From NCBI GenBank assembly GCA_965204745.1, contig OZ242010.1:2560001-2624000 (forward strand): a stretch of 64,000 nucleotides of DNA, written 5' to 3'. Below, in pieces: positions 1 to 9,702 of the stretch. Below the pieces are notes generated by a model, which was not told the DNA's origin, made no database searches, and saw only the letters and a list, made by a program, of their open reading frames with translations. Position 1 is the first letter of the stretch. Every line of letters begins with the position of its first letter. A program made the position numbers and the translations under genes. The stretch is from Candidatus Latescibacterota bacterium (GTDB taxonomy: Bacteria; Latescibacterota; UBA2968).

Positions 1-102
1 GAAAATTCAAAACGAGCAGGCGTCATGCGAAGCAAAGCAAAGCATCTCTTACCTTCTCATCACACGAATGCGAATTGCGAATTGGGGTGGCGTGGGGCAT
101 TC

Positions 103-541
103 TTATACCAATTTGATTTTATGTTGTTCGCATCCTGCCTCATGATGAATGAGGAACAGACGTTCTATACAAATCATGCGTTGCTCGTCTCAAGCGTTTG
201 GTCCTACAGCCTCGTTGGTTGCCTCCGATGCCTTCGGCGACTTACTTTTTTTCAACAGCAAAAAAAAGTAAGCAAAAAATGCCGCTCTCAAACGCCGAGA
301 GGCTTGCACAGCGCAAAGCGCTTTTGTAATCGTACGACATGTGCCGGCCTGCAAAGTGGGTTGCATAATGGATGTTGGTTGCGAGACGGACTTGCGCGCT
401 GTGCGTGATGGCTTTAGCTGATGGGCTTTTGCGATGGCAGGGGTGCCATGGCTTCGCGGAATGACTGCGGAACGTCAAGCGAATCATTTGCTATCTGCAT
501 ATCGCATCGCATTGGGACAACCGCAATTCAATTTGGTATTA
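103..541. mobile_element. ~440-bp MITE-like element, copy 1
   Basis: Ends TTATACCAATTTGA...TCAATTTGGTATTA form terminal inverted repeats; internal hairpin CTTACTTTTTTTCAACAGCAAAAAAAAGTAAG (241-272); diverged reverse-complement copy at 4181-4622; no credible CDS. Confidence 0.75.
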
Positions 542-596
542 ATTCCCAATTCTTGATTCCTCATTCATCCTTGATGGGACGCAGGATATAATACCT

Positions 597-3500
597 CTAC
601 CTCGCAATGAGAAAGATCACATCCTTGCTCACTCGTGTTCCCGCATTCAAATCCGTTACGGTGACCTCCAACGCATAGCGTCCCGCCTCTGATCCGCTTA
701 TGTCGATCTCGAGATAATTGTACTCTGTTTGCGCCATCCCCACCTGTTCGTAGGCAATCGTCACCACCTTCTTTTGTTCGATGCCCAAGAGCTTGCCGAC
801 CGCGCGCAAGATCGTCACGGCCAGGGGCTTGCCCTTGCGGGGCGAAATTTTGTAATCCATAAGATAGCGCGTCTGGCCCAACTCGTTGCGCGTCAACCCA
901 TAGACCTCGTAGTAAATCGTCACGGGTTGCCCGGGCAAGTAGGTCTTGGAGGGCATGGGCACGACCTTGCGCCCGCCCTTTGTCGTTAGGGTCGCATCTT
1001 CGGCGACCGAGCCGGCCAATTCGATATCGCTCAATCCCAAGCCATCCTCGGCATAGTCTTCCACCGCCACTTCGCGCGTGTACGCGCCCATCAAATTGCG
1101 ACTGCGGTCGCGCACTTCTACCCCCAGATGGTAATTGCCCGGCGGCACATGAAGCGCGAGTTCGTCGATCAACATGGCGCCGCGTTGCACCTCTGTACCA
1201 TCCGATAGGGCATAAGGCAGTGGGGCGACCTTCCGAAAAACCGGCGTCCAAGTGCTGTCAAACAGGGCAATGCCGCGTTCGACTTCGCCCTGGGTTCGCC
1301 CCGAATCGATCAGCGCGATCAACGGGATGCCGCAATAGACCTCTAAGCGGGTGTGGGGATGCGCGCCGCGAAAGTCTGCCGCGTGAAAATGAAATGCCAA
1401 ATCATCTGTTCGGGGCCGATAAATTTCGGGTTGTCGGCCCACGGCTCGCGCCACCACGCGGTCGGGCCTTTTTGCGGTCCACGCGCTTTGATTGAAGGTC
1501 GATAACACGCGGCCTTGTGGCATGTCGGGAAAATCGAACGCGCCGCGAGAATCCAAAGCCGTAAAGACGACCTCGATACCGCCTGCCACCTCCGGGTAAA
1601 TCCAGTATTCCCAGGGCGTGCCGCTGTCGATGGGAAAGATGGGAAAGCCCCGAATATTGGTCATGCCCGCGTCTCGGTCGCGATGGGAATCCTGCACGTC
1701 GTCGTAGTAGTTGCCATCGTTGCGATCTGCGCCGCCGCCGAAAAACGTGCGGTTGGGATTCGATTCGTAGTCGATAGATTCAAAATCCGCGACGATCAAA
1801 TCGCCGGCATCGTCCCCCTGGTATTGCACGTCCCGCGTGGAAGTCCGCAACCGGCCCATCCGCGCGATAATCTCCTTGTGCGCCTCTGCGGTCAAGCCCA
1901 TCCACAGGCGTTCTTTCACCCGCACCACATCGGCGGCCATCTCGTAGCGGATGTCGACCGCGCGGCTTTTGTGCGCGGGGTCGCCATAGCGAATGTAAAT
2001 CTCCCCGCGCTTGTCCCACGGCGTGCGCCCGGTTGAAAAATGTCGCATCGCGTACAATACCCGGCGATAGTGTTCCACCAGCCGCTCGTTGCCCGGCGTG
2101 GCCGGCGTGGGGTCGCGCCGCTGCCAGAACATCCGAACGAAATCCGCCTGCTTTTCGGGCGACAACGCGTCGTACGCCGCGGCCTCTCGCGGGGTCGCCA
2201 CGGTGCGAATGTCTTGCAAGCGCGTGCGCGTCTCGCCGTCCACCGTGCGTAAATACTCCGCCATCACTGCTTGCGCTTTCCCGGTTTCGCCCATCTTTTG
2301 ATACGCGCCCAAAAGCAGGGGGAGGCATTCCGCGCGCAGTTCGGGCCGCGTGTCCATCAGGTCGCGCCACAGGCGCGTCGCCCGTGCATCCCGCCCTTGC
2401 TTCAACCAAACGCGCGCGAGGCTCAAGCGCGCCCGCGCGTGCATCGGGTTTGTCGCGCTTTGTCGGAGATAGGCTTTCTCGGCGGCTTGCACCTCGCCCG
2501 CGCGCTCGACCACGCGCCCGAGCAAATACAGCAACGAGGGATGATTCGGATGGCTTTCGATAGCTTCCCTCAAAGCGGCTTCTGCGCGTTGTTTGCCCCC
2601 GAGCAACCGGGCGATAGCGCGGTTGACCAGCGCGGGGCCATAGCGGGGCCGAAGCGCGAGGGCCTGATCGCAATGCGCGACTGCCTCGTCCCATCGCTTG
2701 CGCCCCATGTGGGCTAGCCCCGCGCCTAGGTGGGCTTCGGCCGAGGTCGCGTTTAGAAACGCCCGTTCCGCCGAAGGGACGTCGCCCGCAAACAGATGGG
2801 CGTATCCCCGTGCGGTTCGGCCCATCAAATCGCCGCCATCTTCGGAAAGGAGGGCGTCGATCACCTCGAAGGCGGCTCGCGCCATCGCCGGATCGGGCGG
2901 CACTTGGCGCGCTGCATAGCGCGGATCGATGTATTTCGCCATTTCCTTCTGCCTGCCGATTGCCGCGAGGAGTGCCCCGTCCAGATGGGGCGGCGCGCCA
3001 AAGCCGAGCAAGGGATTGTAATACGCCCGCGCGATGAGCGGATTGCGATCCATCCAAAACCCGTAGAGGAATGCGGCCCGATCTGCCCGTCCCAATCCCG
3101 CATAAGTGGATGCGACCCCTGCGCCGCCAAATTGCTTTAACAGGCGCCCGCCTATCTCTGACCGTTGCTCGTCAAAGGCCGACGCGGGAACGGGCGCGTC
3201 GCCCATCACCTCGAATTTTCGGGCCGATGTGAGGGTATCGCGCCCCGCGCTCACGCGAACCCGCAGCGTGTACACGCCCGGCAGCAGGTCATGCGTGGGG
3301 ATGCCCTCGGCAAATTCAACGCCGCCGCGATACCCCGGAAAAGATCGCTGATCGCGCCAAATGCGATGCCCGTAGCGGTCTTCCACTTGCATGGCGACGC
3401 GATGGCTCTGATAGCCCAAATAGTAGAGCTCAAAATACGCGTACAGGGGGGTTCCCCTGCGATATTGCCGAGACGGGTTGGGCATCACCGTGCGCCCGTT

Positions 3501-4046
3501 TTTGCGAAACATCTCGAGGGCTTTGCCCGCGCCTCGTGGGTTGAACCCAGAAGACAAGTACAGATCGCTCATGCCCACCGCGCCCGGATCGTAAGCGGGC
3601 ACCTCGACCGAGAACACGGCCAACCCCGACCGGTCAGCTTGCACATCGCTGAGGGTCAGTTCCCCGCGATACCGGCCCTTGGGCAAGCGCACTTGCACCA
3701 TGTCGTACACCATGCGGTCGGGATCGACCGTGGCCGCTATGGACTCGGCGGTGAGCTGGCTTTCCGCCTCCACTTGCCGCACGACCTCGCCCTCTGCATT
3801 TAAGACCCGTAGCGACGGTTTGTAGCGCGCGAGATACCCACCCGAATCCGCCTGCAAAAACGCGAACTGCGCCACCGGAAAGCGCAGCGTGATCTCTTCA
3901 AACCCCTCGCGGCCGCGATAGCGAAAACTGCACACATCGATCTCAAAAGCCACCGCCCCTTCTCCGCGCGGGGGCAGGTCCGTCTCGCTGGCGCGAAGGT
4001 CACAAACCGCGACCAGCAAACCCAACAACACTGTCGTAAAGCGCAT
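597..4046 (-). CDS. GWxTD-domain protein with TPR repeats, signal peptide
   Basis: Start MRFTTVLLGLL with AGAGGG RBS; TPR-like helices; FWQRRDPTPATPGNERLVEHYRRV and PWDKRGEIYIRYGDP motifs of the GWxTD family; Ig-like N- and C-terminal parts (MPNPSRQY, VPMPSKTY). Confidence 0.85.
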   Translation of the reverse strand: MRFTTVLLGLLVAVCDLRASETDLPPRGEGAVAFEIDVCSFRYRGREGFEEITLRFPVAQFAFLQADSGGYLARYKPSLRVLNAEGEVVRQVEAESQLTAESIAATVDPDRMVYDMVQVRLPKGRYRGELTLSDVQADRSGLAVFSVEVPAYDPGAVGMSDLYLSSGFNPRGAGKALEMFRKNGRTVMPNPSRQYRRGTPLYAYFELYYLGYQSHRVAMQVEDRYGHRIWRDQRSFPGYRGGVEFAEGIPTHDLLPGVYTLRVRVSAGRDTLTSARKFEVMGDAPVPASAFDEQRSEIGGRLLKQFGGAGVASTYAGLGRADRAAFLYGFWMDRNPLIARAYYNPLLGFGAPPHLDGALLAAIGRQKEMAKYIDPRYAARQVPPDPAMARAAFEVIDALLSEDGGDLMGRTARGYAHLFAGDVPSAERAFLNATSAEAHLGAGLAHMGRKRWDEAVAHCDQALALRPRYGPALVNRAIARLLGGKQRAEAALREAIESHPNHPSLLYLLGRVVERAGEVQAAEKAYLRQSATNPMHARARLSLARVWLKQGRDARATRLWRDLMDTRPELRAECLPLLLGAYQKMGETGKAQAVMAEYLRTVDGETRTRLQDIRTVATPREAAAYDALSPEKQADFVRMFWQRRDPTPATPGNERLVEHYRRVLYAMRHFSTGRTPWDKRGEIYIRYGDPAHKSRAVDIRYEMAADVVRVKERLWMGLTAEAHKEIIARMGRLRTSTRDVQYQGDDAGDLIVADFESIDYESNPNRTFFGGGADRNDGNYYDDVQDSHRDRDAGMTNIRGFPIFPIDSGTPWEYWIYPEVAGGIEVVFTALDSRGAFDFPDMPQGRVLSTFNQSAWTAKRPDRVVARAVGRQPEIYRPRTDDLAFHFHAADFRGAHPHTRLEVYCGIPLIALIDSGRTQGEVERGIALFDSTWTPVFRKVAPLPYALSDGTEVQRGAMLIDELALHVPPGNYHLGVEVRDRSRNLMGAYTREVAVEDYAEDGLGLSDIELAGSVAEDATLTTKGGRKVVPMPSKTYLPGQPVTIYYEVYGLTRNELGQTRYLMDYKISPRKGKPLAVTILRAVGKLLGIEQKKVVTIAYEQVGMAQTEYNYLEIDISGSEAGRYALEVTVTDLNAGTRVSKDVIFLIAR

Positions 4047-4180
4047 GGTACCCTCTTTGAATTTGAGCAAACTGCAAGCGAACTTGGCGAGATGGTTTGC
4101 GAAGTAAAATAACACAAAACAAGCGCGATTTCAACCCGATAGCCCCGATGGAATTTTCAGAAAGGCGTTCACGCATGCGA

Positions 4181-4622
4181 TAATACCAAATTGATTTTCT
4201 GTTGGTCTAATGTGATGCGATACGCTAAGAGCAAACGATTCACTTGGCGTTCCGCAGTCATTCAGAAAAGCCATTGCAACCATGCCATCACAAAAGACCA
4301 TCAGATAAAGCCATCACGCACAGCGCGCAAGTCCATTGGCAACCCACATCCATCTTGCAACCCACCTTGCAGGCTGTCTCATGTCGTACTGCTACAAAAG
4401 CGATTTGCGCTGTGCAAGCCCCTCGGCGTTTGAGAGCGGCATTTTTGAACTGCTGGGGCAGTTGTACCCCGCTCGCTTACTTTTTTTTGCTGTTGAAAAA
4501 AAGTAAGTCGCCGAAGGCATCGAAGGCAACAATTGAGGATTTAGAACCAAACGCTTGAGACAAGCAACACATGATCCTTGATGGGGGCAGGATACGGACA
4601 AGCTAAAATCAAATTGGTATAA
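4181..4622. mobile_element. ~440-bp MITE-like element, copy 2 (inverted relative to copy 1)
   Basis: TAATACCAAATTGA...AAAATCAAATTGGTATAA ends; colinear with the reverse complement of 103-541. Confidence 0.75.
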
Positions 4623-4743
4623 TTTCATCCATACCCTCGCTTTTAGGTTGCATGTTGTGACGTAGGGGATATATTTCCCGTGTCGTAAGACTTATCGCCT
4701 CGGGGTTCTTCATCAATCGCAATCCCCTCACAAAAAGGAGTCC

Positions 4744-6024
4744 ATGATGAATTCGTTGAACCGACGTGCGTTTTTGCGAGGTGCTGGTGTGTGTTTGGCC
4801 TTGCCGTTTTTGGACGCGATGTTGCCCGTGGGGCCTGCCGCGAGCAAAGCGTTTGCCCTTGCCCGTGCCGAGGCGGCCAAGCGGTTGGTGTGCATTGGCA
4901 ATCCGTTTGGGATGATTCCCGAGCGGTTTTTCCCCACGGAGGCCGGTGCGGATTACGCGCTTTCGCCCCTGTTGCAACCGTTAGAGGCGCATCGGCGAGA
5001 TTTTACCGTGTTTTCCAATTTGGACCACGGCGTGACCGGCGGGCATCGCACCGCGCACACGTTTTTGAGCGGGATCCGCATTAAAGATGCCGCGATGATG
5101 CCCGAGAGCAATATCTCTATCGACCAGAAGGCCGCAGAGCATGTGGGCGTGGCGACGCGCTTCCCCTCGCTGAATGTGAGCATCAACGGGCACTGCGAAA
5201 TGTGCTGGACGCGCACGGGCGTTCGCGTGCCGCCGATCAACAATCCGCGCAAGGTGTTTCAGGCGTTGTTCGTGGATGCGAATGCCAAAGAAAAGGAACG
5301 GCGCGCGGTAGCACTCGATCAGCACGGCAGCATTTTGGACGCGGTGATGGGCGAGGCGCGGATGTTTGAGCGCAAGTTGGGCCGGCAAGACCGAGAAAAG
5401 TTGGACGAGTATCTGACCTCGGTGCGCTCGGTGGAGAAGAAGTTGGGCATGTCCAAGGTGTGGTTGGACAAACCCAAGCCCAAAGTGGAGATGGACATGC
5501 CGCAAAACGGCACCTTTGTCGAGACCCTGCCGCTGATGTACGATCTCATCGCGCTGGCACTCCAAACGGATTCGACTCGGGTCGCCACGCTGGAAATCGG
5601 GCAGGGGATCAAGACCACGGATTTGGGATTGAATACGAATTACCACAAGTATTCCCACCACGGCAAGTTGCCCGAACTGATCGACGGGCTGACCATCATC
5701 GAGAAGTACCAGATGAAACACCTCGGCCTGTTTTTCGACAAGCTCAAAGCCGTGGAAGACCCGGCGGGCGGGACCTTGTTCGACCACACTATGATCATCT
5801 CCGGCAGTGGCATGGGCAATGGCAGCTCGCATACGAATAAGAATTTGCCCGTTTTGCTCGCGGGCGGCGGGTTCGCACACGGGCAACACATGGTGTTTCC
5901 CGAAGCAAAGCCCAAGCGCGTTCCCCTGAGCAATTTGTACGTGACGCTGTTGCAGAATTTTGGCTTGGAAATCGATCAGTTCGGCCAAAGCACGGGCACG
6001 TTGCGGGGATTGGAGAGCACATGA
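4744..6024 (+). CDS. DUF1552 domain protein
   Basis: AAGGAG RBS; LNRRAFLRGAGVCLALPFLDAM N-terminus, SIDQ, DSTRVAT, HxxSHH and NGSSHTNKNLP motifs typical of DUF1552. Confidence 0.9.
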   Translation: MMNSLNRRAFLRGAGVCLALPFLDAMLPVGPAASKAFALARAEAAKRLVCIGNPFGMIPERFFPTEAGADYALSPLLQPLEAHRRDFTVFSNLDHGVTGGHRTAHTFLSGIRIKDAAMMPESNISIDQKAAEHVGVATRFPSLNVSINGHCEMCWTRTGVRVPPINNPRKVFQALFVDANAKEKERRAVALDQHGSILDAVMGEARMFERKLGRQDREKLDEYLTSVRSVEKKLGMSKVWLDKPKPKVEMDMPQNGTFVETLPLMYDLIALALQTDSTRVATLEIGQGIKTTDLGLNTNYHKYSHHGKLPELIDGLTIIEKYQMKHLGLFFDKLKAVEDPAGGTLFDHTMIISGSGMGNGSSHTNKNLPVLLAGGGFAHGQHMVFPEAKPKRVPLSNLYVTLLQNFGLEIDQFGQSTGTLRGLEST

Positions 6025-8519
6025 AAAAGTCAGTGACGAGTTTCCACCCCCTCGTGGGGCTTTGGGCAACGGCCTGTTTGTTCGTCCTGTTGGCTGCTAC
6101 GAGTGCGCGGGCCGAGGGCGATGCGAAGTACAAAGAGGTCGTGCGCCCGTTTTTGGCACAGCGGTGTTTTCGCTGTCACGGCGCAGAGCTTCAAAAGGCC
6201 GATTTGCGGTTCGATACCCTGACGTTGAATTTGCAAGATGAAGACGTGTTGCTGACTTGGCAGAATATGGTGGATATGTTGAACTTGGGATTGATGCCGC
6301 CCTACGAGGAGCCGCAACCCGAGTTGGAGGAGTTGAAGCCGGTGGTCGATTGGATTACGGCCACGCTCAAGGCGCATTACGACCGCGAGGAGAGCACGGG
6401 CGGGCAAACGGTGTTGCGCCGTCTCAACCGCAAGGAGTACCGCAATACCGTGCGGGATTTGCTGCATTTGGATATGACGATGTTCGACCCCACCGATGCG
6501 TTTCCGCAAGACGACGAAGAACACGGGTTTGACAATATCGGTCAGACCCTCGTGATGTCGGGGTTTTTGGTCGAAAAATACCTCGATGCCGCGGATCAAA
6601 TCGTGAATCACGCCGTGTTGCCCGGCGCGCGCCCCGAGGTGAAAACGCACGCCTTTCAACCGCCGATCATGCGGAGCGGCGGCGGGTTTCTGGCACCTGC
6701 GAGCCGCCGCTTAAACCAGGGATACGACGAGTTGTTCCGCCGCCCCGACGACCGGTGGGGGTATATGTCTATCGACGCGTTCCGCAAGGGCGCGCCGCAG
6801 TCTGGGCTGTATCGCATGCGCGTTCGCGCATCCGCGCACAACCAGAGCCATCCCTACGACCAAGGGGCGCGTACGGATGAGGACGAACCCCTGCGAATGG
6901 GCATCGTGGCCGCGTCCGGGCGTTATGGCGATTTGCGACAGCGCAATACGTCCGATGTGGCGCTGGCGGAATTTGAAATGATCGCCGATGGCGAGGCGCG
7001 CGATTACGAATGCGAACTCTATCTGGACGAGTCTTACATGCCGCGCATCACCTATCCAAATGGGCCGCTCAATCTCTTTTGGGGCAATATTCTGCGGCGG
7101 TATCACCCCGAACTCTACGACAAAACGGATAGGCGCAAGTTGCCGGCAAAGGAGGATCGGGACCTCGTTTTTCGGCAGACAGAGGTCGCGGTGAAAAATT
7201 ATTTGGGGCCGTCGATCCGCGTGTATGAAATCGAACTCGAAGGCCCGTTTTACGAGCAGTGGCCGCCGCGTTCCCACACGAGTGTTTTCGGCAATCGCAA
7301 TCCCAACAAGGTCAAGCCCTACGATGTGTTGACGCGCTTTGCAACGCGCGCGTACCGCCGCCCGGTCAAGTCCAGCGAGATCGCGCATATTCTCGATTTG
7401 GTCGCGCAACGCGAACGGGCCGGGGCAACGCGCCTTCAGGCGATTAAGATGGGCATGAAAGCCATTCTCTGTTCGCCCAATTTTTTGTACTTGTACGAAA
7501 ATGAGGGGGCTTTAGACGATTACGCCCTCGCGTCCAAGTTGTCGTATTTTCTCTGGTCGTCCATGCCGGATGACGAGTTGTTCGAGGTGGCGCGGAAAAA
7601 GCGGTTGCGCGACCCGGCGGTGTTGCGGGCGCAGATCAATCGCATGTTGAAAGACCCCAAGGCGCGGGCATTTGTCGAGAATTTTACAGAACGCTGGTTG
7701 GCCCTGTACAAGATCGGCGAGATGCCGCCGGATCCGCGCAATTTCCGGTTGTATTACGAGGCGCAGCTCGAAGATGCGATCAAGACGGAGACGCACGAAT
7801 TTTTTCAGCATCTCCTCCACGAGAATATGAGCATCGCGCATTTCATCGATTCGGATTTTACGTTTGTCAATCGGGACTTGGGGGCGTTGTACAAGTTGGA
7901 GGGCATCGAGGGCCGGGCGTTTCGCAAGGTGCAGTTGAATGATCCCAAACGCGGCGGCCTGTTGGGTCATGCCAGCGTGTTGACCGCGACCTCCAATGGC
8001 ATCGAAACATCGCCTGTGGTGCGCGGGGTATGGATTTTGGAGAATATCTTGGGCACGCCACCCGCGCCCCCACCGCCGGATGTGGAGCCGCTCGAGCCGG
8101 ATATTCGGGGGTCTAAGACGATCCGCGAGCAGTTGGCAAACCATCGCAAAATCGCCACCTGCAACGAATGCCATCGCAACATCGATCCCCTGGGTTTCGC
8201 GCTGGAGAATTACGACCCCATCGGCATGTGGCGGTACAATTACGGACGGAATAAGCCGAAAGTGGATGCGTCTGATGTCATGGCAGACGGCAGCGAGTTC
8301 AACGGCATTGTAAGTTTTAAGAAAATCCTCTTGGAAAAACAGGATCAATTCGCCCAATGCCTCGCGGAAAAGATGCTGACCTACGCGACCGGGCGCACGC
8401 TAGAAGCCACAGACCGCCCCGAAGTAGAGCGCATTGTGAACGAACTGAAAGATCGAGGCTACGGCCTCAAAGACTTGGTGATGCTGGTGGCAACGAGCGA
8501 GCCGTTTCTGACGAAATAG
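6021..8519 (+). CDS. DUF1592/DUF1588/DUF1587-type protein with planctomycete cytochrome c domain
   Basis: Signal peptide; CFRCH and CNECH heme-binding motifs; LRRLNRKEYRNTVRDLL, LSYFLWSSMPD, TSPVVRGVWIL, IDPLGFALENYD; ATGA overlap with the DUF1552 gene. Confidence 0.9.
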   Translation: MKKSVTSFHPLVGLWATACLFVLLAATSARAEGDAKYKEVVRPFLAQRCFRCHGAELQKADLRFDTLTLNLQDEDVLLTWQNMVDMLNLGLMPPYEEPQPELEELKPVVDWITATLKAHYDREESTGGQTVLRRLNRKEYRNTVRDLLHLDMTMFDPTDAFPQDDEEHGFDNIGQTLVMSGFLVEKYLDAADQIVNHAVLPGARPEVKTHAFQPPIMRSGGGFLAPASRRLNQGYDELFRRPDDRWGYMSIDAFRKGAPQSGLYRMRVRASAHNQSHPYDQGARTDEDEPLRMGIVAASGRYGDLRQRNTSDVALAEFEMIADGEARDYECELYLDESYMPRITYPNGPLNLFWGNILRRYHPELYDKTDRRKLPAKEDRDLVFRQTEVAVKNYLGPSIRVYEIELEGPFYEQWPPRSHTSVFGNRNPNKVKPYDVLTRFATRAYRRPVKSSEIAHILDLVAQRERAGATRLQAIKMGMKAILCSPNFLYLYENEGALDDYALASKLSYFLWSSMPDDELFEVARKKRLRDPAVLRAQINRMLKDPKARAFVENFTERWLALYKIGEMPPDPRNFRLYYEAQLEDAIKTETHEFFQHLLHENMSIAHFIDSDFTFVNRDLGALYKLEGIEGRAFRKVQLNDPKRGGLLGHASVLTATSNGIETSPVVRGVWILENILGTPPAPPPPDVEPLEPDIRGSKTIREQLANHRKIATCNECHRNIDPLGFALENYDPIGMWRYNYGRNKPKVDASDVMADGSEFNGIVSFKKILLEKQDQFAQCLAEKMLTYATGRTLEATDRPEVERIVNELKDRGYGLKDLVMLVATSEPFLTK

Positions 8520-8549
8520 CCGCAATATCAACTTCTATGGAGTGAGATT

Positions 8550-8843
8550 ATGGCGGAAGAGAGCATGCGAACAGAGATCACGACAGTGCATGGGGAAATA
8601 CGCGAGGGCTTTGCACGAGTCGATGCGAAATTTGCCGAGATGAATGGCAAGATGGATGCGGGCTTTGAGCGCGTGGATAGAGAAATCGCAACACTGCGAG
8701 GGGAAATGCACGAAGGCTTTGCACGAGTCGATGCGAAAATTGAGCGGGCGATCAAGACCTTGCTCTATGCGATAGTCAGCATAGGAGGTGCGATTGTCCT
8801 TGGGATGATAACCGCGCTCATCAGACTTTGGACGATGCAGTAG
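8550..8843 (+). CDS. Small coiled-coil protein with C-terminal TM helix (DUF1640/CCDC90-like)
   Basis: Internal repeat EGFARVDAK x2, hydrophobic C-terminus, GGAG upstream. Confidence 0.65.
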   Translation: MAEESMRTEITTVHGEIREGFARVDAKFAEMNGKMDAGFERVDREIATLRGEMHEGFARVDAKIERAIKTLLYAIVSIGGAIVLGMITALIRLWTMQ

Positions 8844-8982
8844 GGCCTTTGATCCAGTGTGGCACGGAGGTGCTTTTGAAGGTCGGCCTTTCTTACAGGA
8901 AGGAGATTTGCCTATGGTTTTGAGGATTCGGTAGGTGTTTCGTCAGCAGGTAGGCAACAAACCGCGAAGGAGGAGGTCGTTT

Positions 8983-9690
8983 ATGAAGCAACTTGTGGCA
9001 TTGTTGTTGGGACTGGCCCTCATGGGGCCGGGGGCGGCGATTGCCGAGGTCAATGGCACCTGGGCTGTTGGGGTGACCGGGCAATACGATTTGCCGCTGT
9101 TTAAGCTGAAGAACTGGTTTCCCTCGGGCGGAATCGACTTTGGAGGAACGGTCTCGCGCATCAACAACGAGACGTGGACCTTTGAATTAGACGCTCGGTA
9201 CGCCAAATACGGATCTGGCGAATTGGAGAACCGATCATTCTTGTGGTCGGTCGATCAGCAAGACCACGATAGCCCCCAAGCCAAATCCGAAATGACGTGG
9301 CTGACCCTGACGGCCAATTATCTCTACCATTTCAAGGGCGGAGGTGCAAAACTGCAAACCGGGGGCGGCGCGCCGTATTTCTCGATTGGCGCGGGTTTTT
9401 ACCGGTACGAAAACAAAATCAGCGGGTTGATCTATCCCGGGCAAAGCGGCACGCTAAATTCCAGTTTGATTCAGCGGCCCGAGGCAGATGTTCGCACGGC
9501 GTTGGGCATAAACGCGGGATTGGGCATCGAGTATTTCGCGTCGCAGAATTTTGCGGTTGACGTGCGGGCGCAATACCACGTCATCTGGGGCCACGTGCGG
9601 CCTCTTGAGGCCTGGGGCTTGCAAGAGGCATTTCCGTTTCACAAACTCAACTTGGGCGTCCGGCTCAAGTTGTATTTTCCAAATCATTAA
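8983..9690 (+). CDS. Outer-membrane beta-barrel protein (OmpA/OmpW-like TM domain)
   Basis: AGGAGG RBS, signal peptide, amphipathic strands (APYFSIGAG, GINAGLGIEYF, LNLGVRLKLYF). Confidence 0.8.
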   Translation: MKQLVALLLGLALMGPGAAIAEVNGTWAVGVTGQYDLPLFKLKNWFPSGGIDFGGTVSRINNETWTFELDARYAKYGSGELENRSFLWSVDQQDHDSPQAKSEMTWLTLTANYLYHFKGGGAKLQTGGGAPYFSIGAGFYRYENKISGLIYPGQSGTLNSSLIQRPEADVRTALGINAGLGIEYFASQNFAVDVRAQYHVIWGHVRPLEAWGLQEAFPFHKLNLGVRLKLYFPNH

Positions 9691-9702
9691 CGGAGGTTCA
9701 AC

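Noticed and set aside
25-487. Short ORFs within the 440-bp repeats (also 4191-4628)
   Set aside because: Reading frames are not conserved between the two copies; treated as non-coding.
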